The notes beneath the pieces are model-generated. The model saw nothing but the letters and a program-made list of their open reading frames with translations, made no database searches and was not told the DNA's origin. DNA of 63,522 nucleotides, the filler included, from Hausera hauseri (taxonomy: Eukaryota), in assembly GCA_046269625.1 (NCBI GenBank). It is 11 parts of 11 records of this genome, joined end to end, with 100 filler letters (N's around TTAATTAATTAA, not from the genome) between each part and the next. Parts side by side here need not be neighbours in the genome. Positions count along the whole stretch, not along the records: positions 9,358 to 15,479 come from JBJURY010137761.1; positions 15,580 to 20,461 come from JBJURY010404701.1; positions 20,562 to 25,880 come from JBJURY010281174.1; 8 more parts are not named here. One strand, given 5' to 3'. Positions 12,149-24,040 of this stretch are shown one piece after another. Position 1 is the first letter of the stretch. The number at the start of each line of letters is the position of its first letter. The translations under genes and the position numbers were made by a program.

Positions 12149-13699
12149 CTAGCTATTTACAATGGTGGTCAGATAGTTGAACACAAGTACAGTTGAACAC
12201 AGCAACAATTGAACACAAGTAAGTTGAACACAGCAACATTTGAACACAAGTACAGTTGAACACAGCAACAATTGAACACAAGTACAGTTAGCTATTTTTC
12301 TCAGATATTTCATATTATCCTGTTCATTGGCATATCCTAGAACAACAGACATTACCTTTCTCATCAATATCTCATACTTCTTCCTTTTTGGTTCTGGATT
12401 GCCAATCTCTGCATCAACCAATGTTTTGATGTGAATAGCCATGTCTTTCTTCAATCCCTCAAATAAATCCCACACACCAGGATGACTACAGTTGAACAGA
12501 GCCCTGAGAGAATTGTGGAATCCTTCACAGCAGTTTGTAGTTCTTTCTTGTCCAGCAGCAGCTGCTGCATGATGATTCCAGATTCTGACAGGAAACATCG
12601 GCTCTCTACCTGCATAGCCAGCAATGTAAGTGGAGCCAAAGTATGTGATCAGCTCATTGTATCTCTCATCATCTGGAAACTCAGCTGCCAGCTGATCAAA
12701 CAGTTCTCTCACATCATCCTGGGGGACAAATGCTAAAGCTGCCAGTGACTTCATCTTCAGTCTCATGGGGATCTGCTCTTGATCATCATAGACAGTTTTC
12801 AACCCCACATTTCCAATTTTTCTTAGAAGGCTTTGGCTAAGGTGGAAGTAGCAGCCTTTGATTTCTGCACCTGGAAAAGCTATTTGGGCAGCAGACATGC
12901 AAGCTTTTTCAAAATCCAGGAGAATTGTCTGTGGAGACAAGTTGGGCAGCAAGTGATTCAGGATTCTAAACATTCTGTTGTAAGTGTCTTGGGTTTTGTT
13001 CTGCAGGAGAAAGTAGATGCATGGAGGATAGGAGTTGCCATTCTTTGCATGCCAAGTGTAAAGCTGGTAGAACATCTTAGGGACTTTGTCAAAGGTTCCA
13101 TCCCCAAAGATTGTGTCTTTCTGAAGTTCCACCAAAAGATCTGGTTCACCAATTGCCAGAATTCTGTTAGGATCATCCTCTCCAGAATCATGAAGAATCA
13201 TGTGCATGTACTCTTCTGGAATTTTAAATTGTGCTGTGTCTGGATTTGGAGTATGATTTCCTCCTGCCTTCTTAACTCTGTTCAATTTTCTAGTGATTGA
13301 TGACTTTTTTGGCATATGGGCCTGAATTTCTTTGGATACCTGCATTTCATTAAGAACAGTTCCCATCACATTTCTTGGATTGGCACCCACAGACTTGATT
13401 TTGTCCACCATTTTCTGCACAACAGCATTGGCATTGATTACCTGTGGAAATGAATCATGGGAGTGGCCAGTGGGTTCAACAACAATGGCAGGAGTTTCAT
13501 CATCAGTAGTTTTCATTCGGGAATGGCATTTCTCTAATCTGTATTGCCTGCACCTCCATTGGACAATGCCATTGGTTGTTCTTTGTTGAATGTACTCATG
13601 GCCTTTGTAACCCACAACTTTCCCACCCCTTTTAGTAAAGTAAAATTGTGTCCAATGGTTGCTGTGTTCAACTGTACTTGTGTTCAACTGTCTGACCAC
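12149..13699 (-). CDS. FLYWCH-MULE transposase (open frame, start codon uncertain)
   Basis: FLYWCH zinc finger (TKRGG..Y..WRC..C..HSH), DGTF, LLDFE, GCYFH, RTTNCCEGFH catalytic motifs. No internal stop. Confidence 0.92.
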   Translation of the reverse strand: MVRQLNTSTVEHSNHWTQFYFTKRGGKVVGYKGHEYIQQRTTNGIVQWRCRQYRLEKCHSRMKTTDDETPAIVVEPTGHSHDSFPQVINANAVVQKMVDKIKSVGANPRNVMGTVLNEMQVSKEIQAHMPKKSSITRKLNRVKKAGGNHTPNPDTAQFKIPEEYMHMILHDSGEDDPNRILAIGEPDLLVELQKDTIFGDGTFDKVPKMFYQLYTWHAKNGNSYPPCIYFLLQNKTQDTYNRMFRILNHLLPNLSPQTILLDFEKACMSAAQIAFPGAEIKGCYFHLSQSLLRKIGNVGLKTVYDDQEQIPMRLKMKSLAALAFVPQDDVRELFDQLAAEFPDDERYNELITYFGSTYIAGYAGREPMFPVRIWNHHAAAAAGQERTTNCCEGFHNSLRALFNCSHPGVWDLFEGLKKDMAIHIKTLVDAEIGNPEPKRKKYEILMRKVMSVVLGYANEQDNMKYLRKIANCTCVQLLLCSTVLVFKCCCVQLTCVQLLLCSTVLVFNYLTTIVNS

Positions 13700-13700
13700 C
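12164..13700 (-). mobile_element. Compact MULE (Mutator-like) DNA transposon with repeat-containing TIRs
   Basis: ~55-bp TIRs ggtggtcaga.agttgaacacaagtacagttgaacacagcaac at 12164 and inverted ending at 13700. No clean 9-bp TSD visible. Confidence 0.9.
12174..12290. repeat. Subterminal tandem array of ~15-17-bp TTGAACAC units
   Basis: Seven TTGAACAC cores alternating -AAGTAC and -AGCAAC on the left end, versus three on the right end. Confidence 0.9.
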
Positions 13701-15579
13701 TTTCATTGACATTTGGCGCCGCTGCACAGTCGTCAATTAACGATTACGTTGAATAATTGATTCCCTTTGTTGACAGTGACGCCGAAGGCGAAATTTATGT
13801 GTATTTATATACGTAAAAAAATTGAAAACTGTTTGTTGTATTGGTGATAACAGAAAAATAAAGTGAAGTTTGTTATTATTTTTTTATATTTAAAATAAAA
13901 TTATTGAATAAGGCTTATTCTGACAATCGGGGCTACTTTATCTAACACTGTCTGAAATTATTTTAAATAACGGTCTTGTCCTGGTAGCATTACCGACTAA
14001 CATTTGCTACAGAAGCAAAAATCCTGCATTAAAGGTTCTTATCTGGCAGCATTGCCAACAAACCATTCTGACTAAAAGTAACGTGCACTAAAGCTTCTGC
14101 CTGATAGACAATACTTACTAAGCCGCAAATTCTAACGCCATCTTTCGTACTGAATTGTGAGAATAGCCTCTATTGTCGAATTACTGTTGCAAGATAAATA
14201 AGCAAAATACTATTTCACAGGTGTTATCCTAGTGATACTACCTGAAGAAGGGTTGTCAAGTCGATTCTTGGTGACTCACCAACATCTTTGACCCAAATTA
14301 ATTTAACGAACAATAAAGATAATCCATAAACTTCGTGTTTCGAATTCGTATCGCCTGCCAAATACCAATTGTACAAAGATAAGTCAGTGCTTGGTATGAA
14401 AATCGTTGATTGACATTCGTATATCATTAAGCTTGAAGCCGAACTCACTGTAAGGCTAACACTGGTCCGACCTCCAACAGTTAAAATAAATCCAACGGAT
14501 CATAAATTTAACAAAAGTACAAAAGATTTTGCTGATAAACGAAGTCTTTTTCGGCTTTTAATTTTGTTTTAAATAGAAAGACTTTAAGAAAAGTTCTGCT
14601 TTTCACGAAGAAGTATAAAAAGCACAAAAACAAATTTGCCAGGGAACATTTAAATTTAGCGTCTCTCGTTTTATATTTGAAATTATATCCATCGATCGGC
14701 CTTAAATAACGGACTTTAATAATAAACAGTAACATTCATAAAACAATGTGACAAATGTTATAAGTAATCGGTTTTTGTGAGATATTTGATTTTAACCTTA
14801 TTTTAAATAAAAATACTTAATAGTTCGCTGTGTCAAATAATTGCAACTTCAAACAATACTCCAACCCGAAATATTTCCCTTTAAAAGCAATGTCGCCATA
14901 TAGTTTTATACAATTCTAAAAATTGTCAGAAAATTATTTTCATTTTCTGTTAAAATTTCATGGTGTTTTACTTGTCGAATAACGTAATGAAAGTAATTTA
15001 ATTATTAAAATTAAGCTAAATCAAATTTTATCAGCATTTTGAAACACAGAAAGTGTTTCCAGGAATTTTCTGCTTGTAAAGAAGGCTGGCCTGAGAAGTT
15101 CGAGATATGCTTCCTCACATGGTTCTATCTTTACAAAATACATCCACTGTAGCCTGGTGTTAGCTATAAAAACATATTTACTCCTCTTACACACCATAAC
15201 CCACATATAATAAGTCCGTATCACCCTCATATGTCAGTATCACCCTCATATATTATTGCCTATTACCCTTGTGTGTGTGCACAGGACTGCCTGGATAAGA
15301 AAATCCATTGTTATCCCACCTCATTCATCCACTGCCTCCTTTTTGCTCCATCTTCATTCCAGCTGTTTATCACCACTTTCATTCCATCATCACTTCAAAC
15401 CTTCCAGGAGGCCTGCTCTGACTTCTCTGTGAATACGCTGGCTCCAGGTCAGTCAGCACCCAGGTGTGTTGGTGGGTTTNNNNNNNNNNNNNNNNNNNNN
15501 NNNNNNNNNNNNNNNNNNNNNNNTTAATTAATTAANNNNNNNNNNNNNNNNNNNNNNNNNNNNNNNNNNNNNNNNNNNN

Positions 15580-18500
15580 CCAATTGCCATTCTAAATTTT
15601 GTATTGTTAGGTAATATAGTTTCTTCCCCAATGTCCTTTAAATATCCTGGTTCCATGGGTGTTTCGACGGGTTTGGAATCATTTAAATTAAATCTGTCAA
15701 TAATTTCTTGTATTTTCACATTTTGATTTAATGCGAAGTGTCCTTGTTCAGTTTTCCTTATATTGATTCCAAGGTAATATCTGACGGGTCCTAGATCCTT
15801 AATCTCATATTCTTTACTTAGACTCTCAATCGTTTCTTTAATTTGAGATTCGCTACCGGCAATTAAGATGTCGTCTACATAAACAACAACATATATGGAA
15901 TTTTTGTCCTTTTTACTAAAGTATAAACATGGATCAGCTGTGCTTTGTGTGAAATTTAAATTTTTTAATGTTTGGCTAATCCTTGTCTGCCATGCTCTGG
16001 CGGCCTGTTTGAGTCCATATATGGCCTTCTGCAATTTGCAAACTTTGTTTTCCTTTCCTGGAACAACGTATCCCTCAGGTTGTGCCATGTATACATCTTC
16101 GTTCAGATTTCCATGTAGAAAGGCAGTCTTCACGTCAATGTGATTGACGTTCAAATTTTTATGGGCTGCGGTGGCAAGCAACGCCCTAATAGTTGTATGG
16201 GATACCACCGATGCGTAAGTTTCATCATAATCTTCACCGAATTTTTGTGAATAACCCTGAGCCACTAGTCGAGCCTTAAATTTTTCTATTTTGCCTTCGC
16301 TGTTATATTTGGATTTAAAAGTCCATTTACTACCTATGATTCTTTTTCCTTGCGGGAGATCTACGAGTGACCATGTGTTATTTTCCTTGAGAGAATTGAT
16401 CTCTTCTTGTGTGGCCTGAAGCCATTTTGATTTCTCATTTGGGTTCTGTAATTTTTGTATATCTGACCAGCTACGCGGTTCTTGTACGTGATCATTAACA
16501 TAATATATTAATCTATCTGGAGGAACTCCCTTATTTGATCTTAATGATCTTCTCGGCTCTTCATCAGCAGCACTTGTAGGTGTTGAATTTTCGCTGGTGT
16601 ATGATTCAGACAAGTCTATTTCAATTTCAGAATTTTGATGATTATTTGACTCTTCAAGAAATTTAACAGTTCTAGATATGATAATATTTTTATTCCCTGT
16701 GTAAATTCTATAGCCTTTAGAGTTAATGTCGTATCCAACGAAGATACCTGCTTGTCCCCTGTCATCTAGTTTAGATCTTTTAGTTTTGTCAACATAAGTG
16801 TAAACCTTGCATCCGAACAATTTTATATTCGATAAATTAGGCCTGTATTTTTCCCAAAGTTCAAATGGAGTTTTCTGGTTAGCCTTGGTAGGTAGTCGGT
16901 TCTGCAAGTAAGTGGCAGTGTGAATTGCCTCTCCCCAGAACTTGTGTTCAAGATTTGCTTCATTGAGGAGACATCGCGTCATTTCCATTAATGATCGGTT
17001 CTTACGTTCTGCTACACCGTTCTGAGGTGCGCTGTATGGAACGCTTAATTGATGGACAATTCCAAGAGATTTTAAATAGTCTACCATATCAGTATTAATG
17101 TATTCTCGACCATTATCAGTTCTGATAGCTTGCGGTACTTTACCGAATTTATTTTTTATCATAAGTACGTATTCCTTTAGTTTACTGAAGACTTCCGATT
17201 TATTTGATAAGAGAAATATAGTAGTATATCTACTAAAATCATCGATAAATGTCAAAAGATAGGTTTTCCCTCCAATTGTTGGGGTTTTTAGCGGTCCGCA
17301 TAAATCACTATGTATGAGTTCTAAGACTTTTGTAGCTCTGTGTTGAGCTTTATGAGGGTAAGGTTTACTTGTTAACTTGGATTTAGCGCATATCTCGCAA
17401 TCGAGATTATGTGTGCATTTGTTTATCTTTATACCTATGGCTAAATCTTCCCTAACCGTTTGCTTGATGGCTTCGTAGTCTCGATGACCTAATCTTTTAT
17501 GCCATATATCAATACAGTTTTCATTACTGCAGTGGTGGGCTAAATTCACGCAACCTGGAGGTTTATCGTTTTGGAAAGTCACCTGATATAAACCCTCTTT
17601 AATCTGTGCAGTTAAACAGATTTTTCCTGCGTATGTGAAATGGCAGTATTCCTTTTCAAAAGTCACTGTACACCCATTTTGAGTAGCTTTCTTCACCGAC
17701 AATAAATTTGTTTTAATATCTGGTACGTATAATACATCCTTTAGTGTAATTCTATTTGTTTCGTTATTTGGGGTCCTTTTTGTTAGTATTATTTCACCTG
17801 ATCCATAGGAAGTAAGCGTTTGTCCATTGGCAATTATAACTTCTGATTTATTTGTATTGTACACTTCGGAGAATAGATTTTTATCATTAGAAATGTGGGA
17901 TGAACTTCCACTGTCTATTATCCATACATTATTGCCTGGTCTTTCTGTGATAAATGCAAAATTATTCATTTCTTCGTTTAATTTTTCAACCTCCTTGGGG
18001 TTTACTTCCAGTGATTCATTACAAGGTGTGGTCCCTGTATTCATTTCCAAACATAGCGATGATTTATTTTCTGTTAATTTTGTTTTCATTTGTTGATTTG
18101 TACTTTTAAGGTGCCAGCAATTTTGTTTAGTATGATTTTTTCGTTTGCAATATGTGCAAAATTTGTCCGCCTTAGGATTAAAGTAATTTCGTTTGGTATT
18201 ATTGCCATGATAATTATTGTGATAGTTGTGATTTTGGAAATGTCTATTTTTGTTTATTTGAAATGCCTTCGTGGCGTCTTGTTGAGTGGCATTCTCAATT
18301 CGCCTAGAATATTCATCTATCAGTTTGCTTTTCAAAAAACTTGGATTGAGTTCCGACTCGGGTCTGGCCTCAAGAGCTGTAATAAGTGTATCATAAGATT
18401 TCGGCATAGAGCATAAGAGAAGAGCGGAGATGTGTGAGTCACTTATCACTTCCCCGATGGCGTTCAATTTATCTATAATTTCTAAAATTTTTGTTATGTG

Positions 18501-18854
18501 AGTGTTCATATTTCCGCCTTCCTCAAGTTTTGTATTATACAATTTTCTCAATAGGAATAGTTTACTGCTCAGATTTGTTCTTTCGTGGACATTTTTTAAC
18601 GTATCAAAGGTTTCCTTAGCCGTCGTTAAGTGCTTGACGTGCATTATCTGCGAATTGTCTATGAATAAGTTAATCAAGGCCCTTGCTTTATTATCTTTCT
18701 TTTTCCATTCACTAGTTTCAGGTGTGGGAGGACTTTCAGTAACTAAGTCATATAAATCCTCTCTAATGAGAACCATCTGAATTTTAAATTTCCACGTACT
18801 ATAATTATGTTCATTTAATTTTTCAATTATTTGGCTTTCTTTAATTGAACACAT
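15580..18854 (-). CDS. Copia Gag-Pol part 1 (Gag, CCHC knuckle, protease, integrase, RT)
   Basis: NYSTWKFKI, CTYCKRKNHTKQNC, WIIDSGSSSH, WHKRLGH, HSDLCGP, RTDNGREY, QNGVAERKNR, HIDVKTAFLHG, YVDDILI. PR-IN-RT order is copia-type. Confidence 0.97.
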
Positions 18855-19094
18855 GTTTACGCACTTTATTCACTTCGTATCAAAATACAATATCTTTTCG
18901 AAAGTGAAAGTCAATAAATTCAATACTTTTGAGATCGCTTATAATATAGGATACCATAAAATAATAATGAAAATTGAAGCAAACATTATGCACAAATATA
19001 CTTATATAGTTGTATAAAACAGTTCAAGACAGCATACTGAGCTTCTATAATCATTCTTATTTGTTGCGCATTTATGCGTTATTCATTTAATGCT

Positions 19095-19108
19095 TCAGTC
19101 TCATAATC
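19095..19108 (-). promoter_or_regulatory. Primer-binding site complementary to the anticodon arm of elongator tRNA-Met
   Basis: GATTATGAGACTGA directly follows the LTR CA. The plus strand reads TCAGT-CTCATAA-TC, the animal elongator tRNA-Met anticodon stem-loop. Confidence 0.8.
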
Positions 19109-19714
19109 TGTTAGAAGTAAATAAAGATATCCTAGGTAACACAGTTTCAAGGTAAGTATAGATAAGGAACTTCACTTACCTGATTTGCTTCTAATGCGAC
19201 GAATATTGGTATCCTTAATAATCCGCTACTTTTCCTTTTTTACATAGGAACACAGAATGTACGTAGACGAATAGCGACGTTCAGTAATGGCAAATTAAAC
19301 ATAGACGGAAGTAATAAAGAAATCCTTTCAATTGGGATGAACAATTCTATTTAATATAACATAAAATTACATTCTTGATTAAGTATATTTAAATTCAAAG
19401 TAATCAATTTGTACAATTATTTAATACTAGAATAGTAGGAGAGTGCCGAACGGCCAACCTCCATGATTAAGACTTTGCTACCAACAGAGTGAAGAAAATG
19501 CGTACGTAAGAGAAATAACTTGCGGTTAAAATTCTCAAAGAACACTCCCAGCTTTAGGAATGAGCTGAGCAGCGTATTTATTCATGTACGCGTAGAAAGC
19601 TAATAGAGTTAAAATTGATAAGTCTTTTGCAGTCTGAATAAATATTTCTTACACACAATTATATAGAAGTTCGAAATGAGTTCAATTCAGATTCAGAGAT
19701 CATCACTTCCAACA
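19109..19714 (-). repeat. Copia LTR (606 bp)
   Basis: Begins TGTTGGAAGT right after the polypurine tract AAGGAGGGA. Ends ACTTCTAACA, giving a 10-bp imperfect terminal inverted repeat. Confidence 0.88.
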
Positions 19715-20461
19715 TCCCTCCTTGATCTCTGAAGGTGATGGTGTTGACGATAACTGCATGCTGGCTCGATGTCCAACGAAACAAGGTCTAGGTAAAGGCT
19801 TCGTGAGTACGTCGGCAATCATCTCGCTGCTGGGACAGTAATCGATATCAATGATCCCCTTCTCTTTCAGGTCTCTGATACAATGGAACTTTATGTCAAC
19901 GTGTTTGGTTCTAGATGTGTGCTTTGGTGATTCAATCATTTTAATTGAAGACTGATTATCCTCAAACAGTTTTATTGGCATATTTTGAGGCATGTCGAGA
20001 TCTTCTAATAGTCTTATTAACCACAAAATTTCTTGCGCTGCATTGGCAGCTGCCACATATTCAGCTTCGGCTGACGATAGTGCTACACAGTTCTGTTTTT
20101 TTGAAATCCAGTTAATGGGACTCTTTCCCAAAAGAAATAAGTTCCCAGAGGTAGATTTCCTATCATTTTTGTCACCTGCCCAGTCTGCATCACTATAGCA
20201 TGTTAATTTAGCATTTGATTCAGGATCTATGAGTAATTCATGATCAATTGTACTTTTCAAATATTTTATTACTCTTTTTGCTTGTTCCCAGTCTTTGCTT
20301 CTGGGCTTTTCATTTCGCCTGCTTAATATGTTTACCGCGGCAAGTATATCAGGACGAGTGATTGTGGCAACATATAATAATGCACCAATTGCCATTCTAA
20401 ATTTTGTATTGTTAGGTAATATAGTTTCTTCCCCAATGTCCTTTAAATATCCTGGTTCCAT
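19703..20461 (-). CDS. Copia Gag-Pol part 2 (RT end + RNase H); joined ORF ~1318 aa
   Basis: TRPDI, YSDADWAGD..RKSTSG, SSAEAEY, EDNQS, KHVDIKFH, ADVLTK. Confidence 0.97.
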   Translation of the reverse strand: MEPGYLKDIGEETILPNNTKFRMAIGALLYVATITRPDILAAVNILSRRNEKPRSKDWEQAKRVIKYLKSTIDHELLIDPESNAKLTCYSDADWAGDKNDRKSTSGNLFLLGKSPINWISKKQNCVALSSAEAEYVAAANAAQEILWLIRLLEDLDMPQNMPIKLFEDNQSSIKMIESPKHTSRTKHVDIKFHCIRDLKEKGIIDIDYCPSSEMIADVLTKPLPRPCFVGHRASMQLSSTPSPSEIKEGCWK

Positions 20462-21169
20462 NNNNNNNNNNNNNNNNNNNNNNNNNNNNNNNNNNNNNNN
20501 NNNNNTTAATTAATTAANNNNNNNNNNNNNNNNNNNNNNNNNNNNNNNNNNNNNNNNNNNNTCTGGCGTACTAAAATGTACGGGTCTTATTGGCCAAAAT
20601 ATGACGACTATTCTTCCTCCAATAACCGTTAATTGCTGCATTGGTTATCATCGAATTGAAATTATTCGAACTCCAACACTCTAATAATAATCTTGTGGAA
20701 TATCTCCGCACGATAAATTTGTCACATCGATTGATTTAATCTTGCGACGAACCTTTTTCTGGAATGTTTCCAAACGACCACGGATGCTTTTAGCATTTCT
20801 ACATAAATTATGAAATCGGGAAAGACAAATTCCATCGTAAAATTTATCTGATTCATTATTTTCCTGAAAATGAACGTATTTCTGAAAAATTTTTATGGCA
20901 ACGAAAGGTAAATTGAGGTATCGACATCAGCACAATGAGAAACCCTTCATGAATGTATGACCGCAAAAAAACTGATTCATCTTGGTTTTGTTATACTCTC
21001 TTTTCAGCTTTCATTTGGTGGTGGTGAACAACCGACGACCGTCATAAAAATATGGCTGTCCATTTGCATTAGAAAATGAAACATATTCAAGGATTGTATT
21101 CTCAAAGCGAAGAGTCGGACCCGACTATCGATCCGACACGGCGATAGCGGATGCCCGGACATGCCCAAC

Positions 21170-23200
21170 CAAGTGGGCCAAAGGGCACCTGCCGTTATGG
21201 GCACCACATTCACCCTTTCTCAATCGCTTCAAAAAGAAGCATTCAACAACATCCATTAGTTGCATCATCCTGGTGCCAAGGCCATTTTCGACTCTTACAA
21301 CGCCAAGTAGAATGGCCGTCGATGCGCTCTGACATGCAGGCATCGGTTATACAGTGTGTGACATGTCCAAAATACAAAGTTACTAAGCACTTAAAGCCAT
21401 CACAATATTATTTTCCCTGCACGTCTCGTTATGAATCAGTTCACATGGACCTTGTAGGCCCACTACCCTTAGACAACGGCCATCAGTTCATCCTCACAAT
21501 GATGGACCGTTCCTCGCGATGGTTAGAGGCTGCCCACTTCGCAGCACCAACATAAAAACAATCGCAGACGTTTTCATTCGCACTTGGATCAGCAAGTTTG
21601 GATCACCTCGCCATATCATTTCGGACCAAGGACCACAGTTCGAATCCAACCTGTGTAAAGCTCTTGTCAATCGATTGGGAATTAACCACATCAACACGTC
21701 ACCATATCATCCTCAATCGAATGGCCTTCTCGAACACTTTCACCAAACAATAAAAACGTCTCTCAAAATCCTTGCTGAGTCCAATCGCAGTTGGACTACA
21801 CTCCTTCCGTTTCTTCTGTATGGCTGGCGGAACACACCATCTACTTCTGCGGGCTGTTCACCTGCAAAAGCATTATTTGGCACTTCTATCATACCATTAT
21901 TCGAGCTCGCTGAGCTGGACAATATTCCTACAGACGACACTATACAAGCGGCTCAGAGACACTTCGTTGAGTTCATCAAAGACTCATTTTGTAGATTGTT
22001 ACACGGCAATAAACCCTGCATACTCGACGATTTATACTGCCAACTTCATATGGCTAAAGAATCAGAAGCCGTGAAGTTTTCAACCTCAGTATGTTGGACC
22101 TTACAAAGTAATTCGTTTACACTCCCACAACATCATCATCCTCAAAGACGACAAAGAAGTCTACATCAACAACGCTAAGCCGGCTTTCTTCATTGATGAT
22201 ACGCATCCCATCGAAACCAATTCTCGACCAACATTTTTACACGACGCACAAAAATCCAACAATTGACCCTCCATCTCTGCTCTATTCTATAACCCACTTT
22301 CCCCTACGTTTTCTCCTAAGAATTCTATTTCAATTTCTTCTGACAGTTCAGCCTCCTTTTCCCCATCCGATTTTACACCTTCAAGCCTTTTCACACGTCC
22401 TTCATACGCTGGTGACAACCTGCTTCCTCCTTTTACAAGACCTTTTCCGCCAAACACCACTTCGACTTCACCAATATTTCCATATTCCTGCTCTCTTCAG
22501 TTTTATCCATCTTGGCCGTCTTCGCTCTCTCTCCTTCCACACCTTCCTCCCTATCTCCTCACACATCGTCTTTTACTCCTTTCATTTTCGATTCGCAGCT
22601 TCCTCCTCTCTCTACCCTATCCTTATCTCTCTTTCTCTCTCTACCACTACCTCTGTTTCATCTTCCACTTCCACTCTTTCGCCTAATACAGTTCCAACTT
22701 CTATTCCAATATTTGTATCTCTTCCTTCATCCGCCACTACACCTTTTATTATTCCTTCGACTTCTAACACTCTCTTGAATAGCTTCAACCATCTGTTTTC
22801 AACAATCTCTCTTCCTCCTTCACCTTCTTCTCTTTCTTCTGACTCATCTTGGCACGACACAACACTCACAACAAAATACCACAATTTTCTATAACTTAAA
22901 CTTCTGCAAGCAAACACACAGCATAAAAACAAAGCACGAAGAGTAACATTCAGCAAGTATAGCAGGAAAAAATCAGCAGAAGACACCCAACGTCTTGTGC
23001 ACACTAAGACCAACTGACATACACCCATTTTCGTTCAGCGATAGTTTCTTTCCGACTGTGTTGATCTTTGTAGTTTTCACTTTGCCATGGGAGTGATGTG
23101 GTGCCCACAGCGGCCGGTGCACTTTGGCCCATTTTGGTTGCACACGGCCGGGCGTCAGTTGCCGCCGCATCGGGTCCGTAGTCGGGCCCGATAAGCCATC
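21170..23200 (+). mobile_element. Ty3/gypsy 3' part: decayed integrase, Ser/Thr/Pro-rich tail, PPT and start of 3' LTR (23097)
   Basis: HHPG, VHMDLVGPLP, IISDQGPQFES, TSPYHPQSNGLLE, GPY motif. GGGAGTGA|TGTGGTGCCC junction. Confidence 0.9.
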
Positions 23201-23353
23201 TTATTGCTCCAAAAAATGAAAATCGAAAAGATCTTCCCGATTGCCATCCATCATCGATCACGTCCACGCGACGACCAGCCAGTCAAGAAATGCTACTTCG
23301 CACTCTCTCCGGTATTGCGACACGATAAACGCTCATATTTACGAACCAAATAA

Positions 23354-24040
23354 AATACCAATGTTAACAGTTTTTCAGTTCTAAATACGCCAAATGCCCA
23401 AAAAAGCCGTTCCTTTGGTAGCAGTGAAGAAGTTCTGAGCGATTTTAAAATCGCTTTACTATCGGAACCGTTTTCCGATTCGAATACTCCTCCTGTTTTT
23501 TTTCGAAAGAATTATACGCCAGTCAACAACCAAGAGGTACGTGAAGGACTGCGTCAGTTAGTCAGCAATAGATCGGCGCAAAACAGTATAAAAGCTTCTG
23601 TACAAGGCCAACAAGGTAGCTCTTCAAACCTTGTCCATGTGGTATTCCAGAACGAATTCGGTATGGCCAAAATCCCATCCAAAAATCCTCCGAATTATTT
23701 AATGGGTACGCCATCTTCCGGACTCAACCAGAATCAAATCGTCACCGGTACTTCCAAAAAATAAATCAATTCGAATGTCTTCGAAGATTCATTGGCTAAC
23801 GATGTGCTTGAACTGGAGGAGCTTGTAACTGATAAGTCTGACCCACAGTTGATGAAACCCAATAACAATTCAAATCCTGCCGCGGCATCTACCAATCTCA
23901 GCATCACATTGCCAAATCCAAAACAACCTCATCATCACCACACATATCACCATCGTCATATTCTTCAGTACCATCACAATCATGTAAACAATCCGAATTC
24001 CTTGCCAAATGTAGATATTGGCTCGCCTATGTCGACATAA
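23354..24040 (+). pseudogene. Decayed low-complexity (Asn/Ser/His-rich) host-gene C-terminal segment
   Basis: ~230-codon frame with one in-frame TAA (~23762) and a poly-His tract. No family recognised. Confidence 0.4.

Larger units (their letters stand above)
15580..20461 (-). mobile_element. Complete Ty1/copia LTR retrotransposon assembled as a circularly permuted contig with one LTR
   Basis: 15580-15656 is identical to 20385-20461 (77 bp). The internal ORF joins seamlessly across this overlap. Confidence 0.95.

Noticed and set aside
12174-12290. Short direct-repeat array resembling a CRISPR
   Set aside because: No unique spacers and no cas genes; it is the subterminal repeat of a MULE TIR.
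19090-19115. tRNA-Met gene
   Set aside because: Only the anticodon arm matches, with no acceptor, D or T arms. It is explained as a PBS.
19473-19483. TGGTAGCAAAG as a conventional initiator-tRNA PBS
   Set aside because: It is not adjacent to a CA LTR end and lies inside the LTR defined by the TGTT(A/G)GAAGT terminal inverted repeats.
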